The notes beneath the pieces were generated by a model. That model ran no database searches. It saw nothing but the letters and a program-made list of their open reading frames with translations, and had not been told where the DNA came from. From Terriglobia bacterium (GTDB taxonomy: Bacteria > Acidobacteriota > Terriglobia > 20CM-2-55-15), in NCBI GenBank assembly GCA_963664115.2, contig CAXWPJ010000009.1, positions 896,001-960,000 on the forward strand: a stretch of 64,000 nt of DNA, given 5' to 3'. The position numbers and the translations under genes are program-made. This document shows positions 61,444-64,000 of the stretch, piece after piece; position 1 is the stretch's first letter, and every line of letters begins with the position of its first letter.

Positions 61444-62183
61444 ATTTGACCCGCCGAGCTCACCTTAGCCGTGAGCGAGGAGTCTTTTTTGATTCACTTC
61501 CACGGCCATCTCTTAAGTTCAAGACTTCAGGAATGATTCTTGAGAATCCTCTATTGGCGATTTCGCAGTGATGCTATTTAAGCTTCCACCCGGACCACTG
61601 TCAACTACAAACCATTGCGAATCAACGACTGGAAACGGACATCTTTCGGAAGCAAACCAAACCTGAATGGGACGATGTCTTCGTTACCATCGTGGGGCTG
61701 ACTTTCTGATTCGCATGGTACGACAAATACGAACGCGACAAGAGCACAGCTACGGGTGCCTGTGGCTTTTCTGCGAGAACCTGGACACCCTATTGCGAGA
61801 AGCAGTTTGTTATTTGTCCTTCGTTCTGCGAATTCACGCGGAGGTGTGCGGTAAGCAGATCGAACTTCGGGCGCCGGTCTGCCGGCATTTGTTCTCTCTA
61901 GTTCCCCAGAACGTCCTCGAAGAGGCAGGGTAGTCCGACCCGGAGCCGATCTCAGAGCCGTGCCCCGCGCCTCCTAAAATTCAAAACGGCAATGCAGCCA
62001 GCGCCCGCAGGGCGGGAATGCAATTGTCCATAGCGTCATCCAATTGTATACTGACGTGGAAAAAGGATTCTTAATCGATAATACGCGCGGGCGAATGAAT
62101 GGTCAGCAGGCGAACCCTGCCCTATTTCGCTCACAGGGTGACTCCATGTGCTTTGCGCGGCCCAATCAGAGGACAACGACCTG

Positions 62184-63275
62184 ATGAAATTAGGAAATAG
62201 ACGAACGATTATTGGCGTCATGGTGGCGATCATCTGCCTGCTACCTTTTGGCTACGCGGGCGCACAGAATGGGCGCCAGATGGCGGAAGACGTCTGGCCT
62301 GGCATCGACCTTCTCAGGGGAATGCCGGCGGACGAATTCTGGGACATCATGGGGATGTTTGCCGCTTCCCTGGGGAAAGACTGCGTGGATTGCCATGCGC
62401 TGGCAGCCGTCGACAACTGGGAAGCGTTCGCGGAAGACACACCCATGCTTCGGACTGCGCGCGGCATGATTAATATGGTAAACGCGATCAACAGAGATAA
62501 CTTTGGAGGCCTGCAGTACGTGACGTGCTTCACCTGCCATCGTGGGACCTCCATACCCGAGATCATCCCGGAGTTGGCTCTGCAATACGGTGTCCCTGCA
62601 GAAAAGCCCAATGCAATGGAGTTCTTTCCGAGTCGTTTTGCGCCTTCCGCTGACGAACTTTTCGATACCTATTTCGAGACGATTGGTGGAATCGAGGCCT
62701 TGTCGGAACTCACCAGTTTTGTCGCAACGGGGACTTACGCGGGGTATGAGACAGGTCACCTGGATGTGCCTGTGGAAATCTATGCCGAACCGGGTCGACG
62801 CGTGACCGTTAAGAGTGACAACGTCCGATACTTTGATGGAACCGACGGATGGATTACCTCGGAGAATTTTCCAATCCCGGTAATGGAGTTATCAGGCGGA
62901 AATCTGGATGCCGCCAGATTGGAGGCTCTCCTGTCTTTTCCGGCCATGATTCGGGATTCCTTTAGCGATTGGCGGGTCGGCATCACCATTATCGATGATC
63001 TTGATGTCCCGGTCGTCCAGGGAACCCGCGACGGACAGCCTCCCGTAAATTTCTATTTTGGTGAATCGGGTCTGTTAGACCGAGTGGTCTACTGGAACCA
63101 GACGACGATGGGCTTCGTTCCGGTCCAGCTCGACTATTCGGATTACCGCGAGGTTTCTGGAATCCGGATGCCTTTTACTACGTTGATGTCCTGGACGACA
63201 GGGCAGATAACATATAACTTGACCGACGTGCAGACGAACGTCGCGATCGACGAAGCCAGATTCGCACGACCGTAG
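62184..63275 (+). CDS. Diheme c-type cytochrome (reaction-centre cytochrome-like N domain)
   Basis: Signal peptide, CVDCH and CFTCH, AR.MI.MV..IN. Confidence 0.8.
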   Translation: MKLGNRRTIIGVMVAIICLLPFGYAGAQNGRQMAEDVWPGIDLLRGMPADEFWDIMGMFAASLGKDCVDCHALAAVDNWEAFAEDTPMLRTARGMINMVNAINRDNFGGLQYVTCFTCHRGTSIPEIIPELALQYGVPAEKPNAMEFFPSRFAPSADELFDTYFETIGGIEALSELTSFVATGTYAGYETGHLDVPVEIYAEPGRRVTVKSDNVRYFDGTDGWITSENFPIPVMELSGGNLDAARLEALLSFPAMIRDSFSDWRVGITIIDDLDVPVVQGTRDGQPPVNFYFGESGLLDRVVYWNQTTMGFVPVQLDYSDYREVSGIRMPFTTLMSWTTGQITYNLTDVQTNVAIDEARFARP

Positions 63276-63392
63276 CCGAGCGGCCCGAAGTTTGGACAAG
63301 ACAAGCCGGTGACCGGGTTGCTTCGACACACACAACGCCTGCGCGGCCGATTTAAACCCGGTCGCGTGGGGGTTGCAGTTAGCGTTCCTTCC

Positions 63393-63435
63393 ATTTGAGT
63401 GCATTCGATTTTGCATTCGATTTGAGTGCATTCGA
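63393..63435. repeat. Short direct repeats TGCATTCGA x3
   Basis: 63400, 63412, 63427. Confidence 0.7.
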
Positions 63436-63826
63436 ATAGATACCTCGACCTTCCCCCTCGATGAGCGTTCATCTAATTAGCATGGGAAGCACGGGCCTTC
63501 GGCTGGTTCTCCCATTGCTTAGCGCACAAACATATCCTAACCTTGTGCGGTCATTGGCCGCACTACAGAATAGGTAAGAGCCTACTCCCGGGCAGATCTC
63601 TGGATTCGTTGGAGAGTCATTGCATCGGATAGCCGTTGCGGCTCCTCCCCGGGGCTGACCGTGCCGCTCAACTGACTCAAGTTTTGTCCGGCGATCCCCA
63701 AAACCTTTGACACCTTAACCGAGAGCCTTCTATCATGAGCAGCGTCCGGTCAAATGGATAATTCGCCGAAGCTTGGAGTGTGGGTGATGCAGGACTCCGG
63801 GGTTTCTCTGATCGGTAGGGGGGTAT

Positions 63827-64000
63827 ATGAAACGGATCTTGATCGCATTTGCTTTCATCTTAGTCGTGGGGCTGTCCCTGGGCGCGGGGCCGCTGTTTGC
63901 GCATCACGGCCGGGGTAATGCATACGATACGGACCAGGAATTGGAGATAAGGGGAGTTGTCACCGAGGTGTCGTGGCGGAATCCCCATATCACAATCTTT
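63827..64000 (+). CDS. DUF6152-like protein, 3' truncated by window edge
   Basis: MKRILIAF..FAHHGRGNAYD..GVVTEVSWRNPH. Confidence 0.75.
   Translation, partial: MKRILIAFAFILVVGLSLGAGPLFAHHGRGNAYDTDQELEIRGVVTEVSWRNPHITIF

Noticed and set aside
61514-61547. Possible degenerate 40-bp site (AGTTCAAGAC..CTTGAGAAT)
   Set aside because: Ends resemble the arms, but the length and core do not fit.
62184-63275. Evidence of phototrophy from the reaction-centre-like cytochrome
   Set aside because: Only two heme motifs and no puf/bch genes in the window.
63610-63672. SRP RNA-like motif on the minus strand
   Set aside because: Only loose resemblance to the CAGG..GGAA..AGCA core, and no convincing long stem.

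Overview
This is a GC-rich bacterial accessory region; the kinase/PD40, DUF6152 and TonB-like gene content suggests Acidobacteriota, by inference only. Positions 1-4.5 kb hold an ABC exporter/lipocalin/Nudix operon, and 7.1-9.5 kb hold a phospho-base lipid operon. From about 11.4 to 57.5 kb runs an unannotated modular array, in which unrelated cargo genes are separated by a recurring junction. The junction consists of (i) the last ~7-20 codons of a Ser/Thr kinase (INIVLNWFEELKERVPVP*, about 12 copies), (ii) a 40-bp 17-6-17 imperfect palindrome (TTCTCAAGTCCTGAGAA-ATCATC-TTCTCGGACATTGAGAA, about 16 copies in both orientations), and often (iii) a conserved upstream block plus the first 3-26 kinase codons (MESGTKLGHYEILS, 6 copies). 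Only one intact kinase remains (49169-51820) and no integrase is visible in the window. An IS110/IS1111 element sits in the centre of one 40-bp site. Its downstream non-coding end contains a bridge-RNA-like double loop whose guides match both that site and the element's own ends. The region is rich in insertion sequences (3x IS1380, 2x IS256, 3x IS630, IS701, IS1182, IS3-like, an IS30 remnant and a MITE), many inserted at CTAG. All calls come from reading the sequence by eye; no searches were run.
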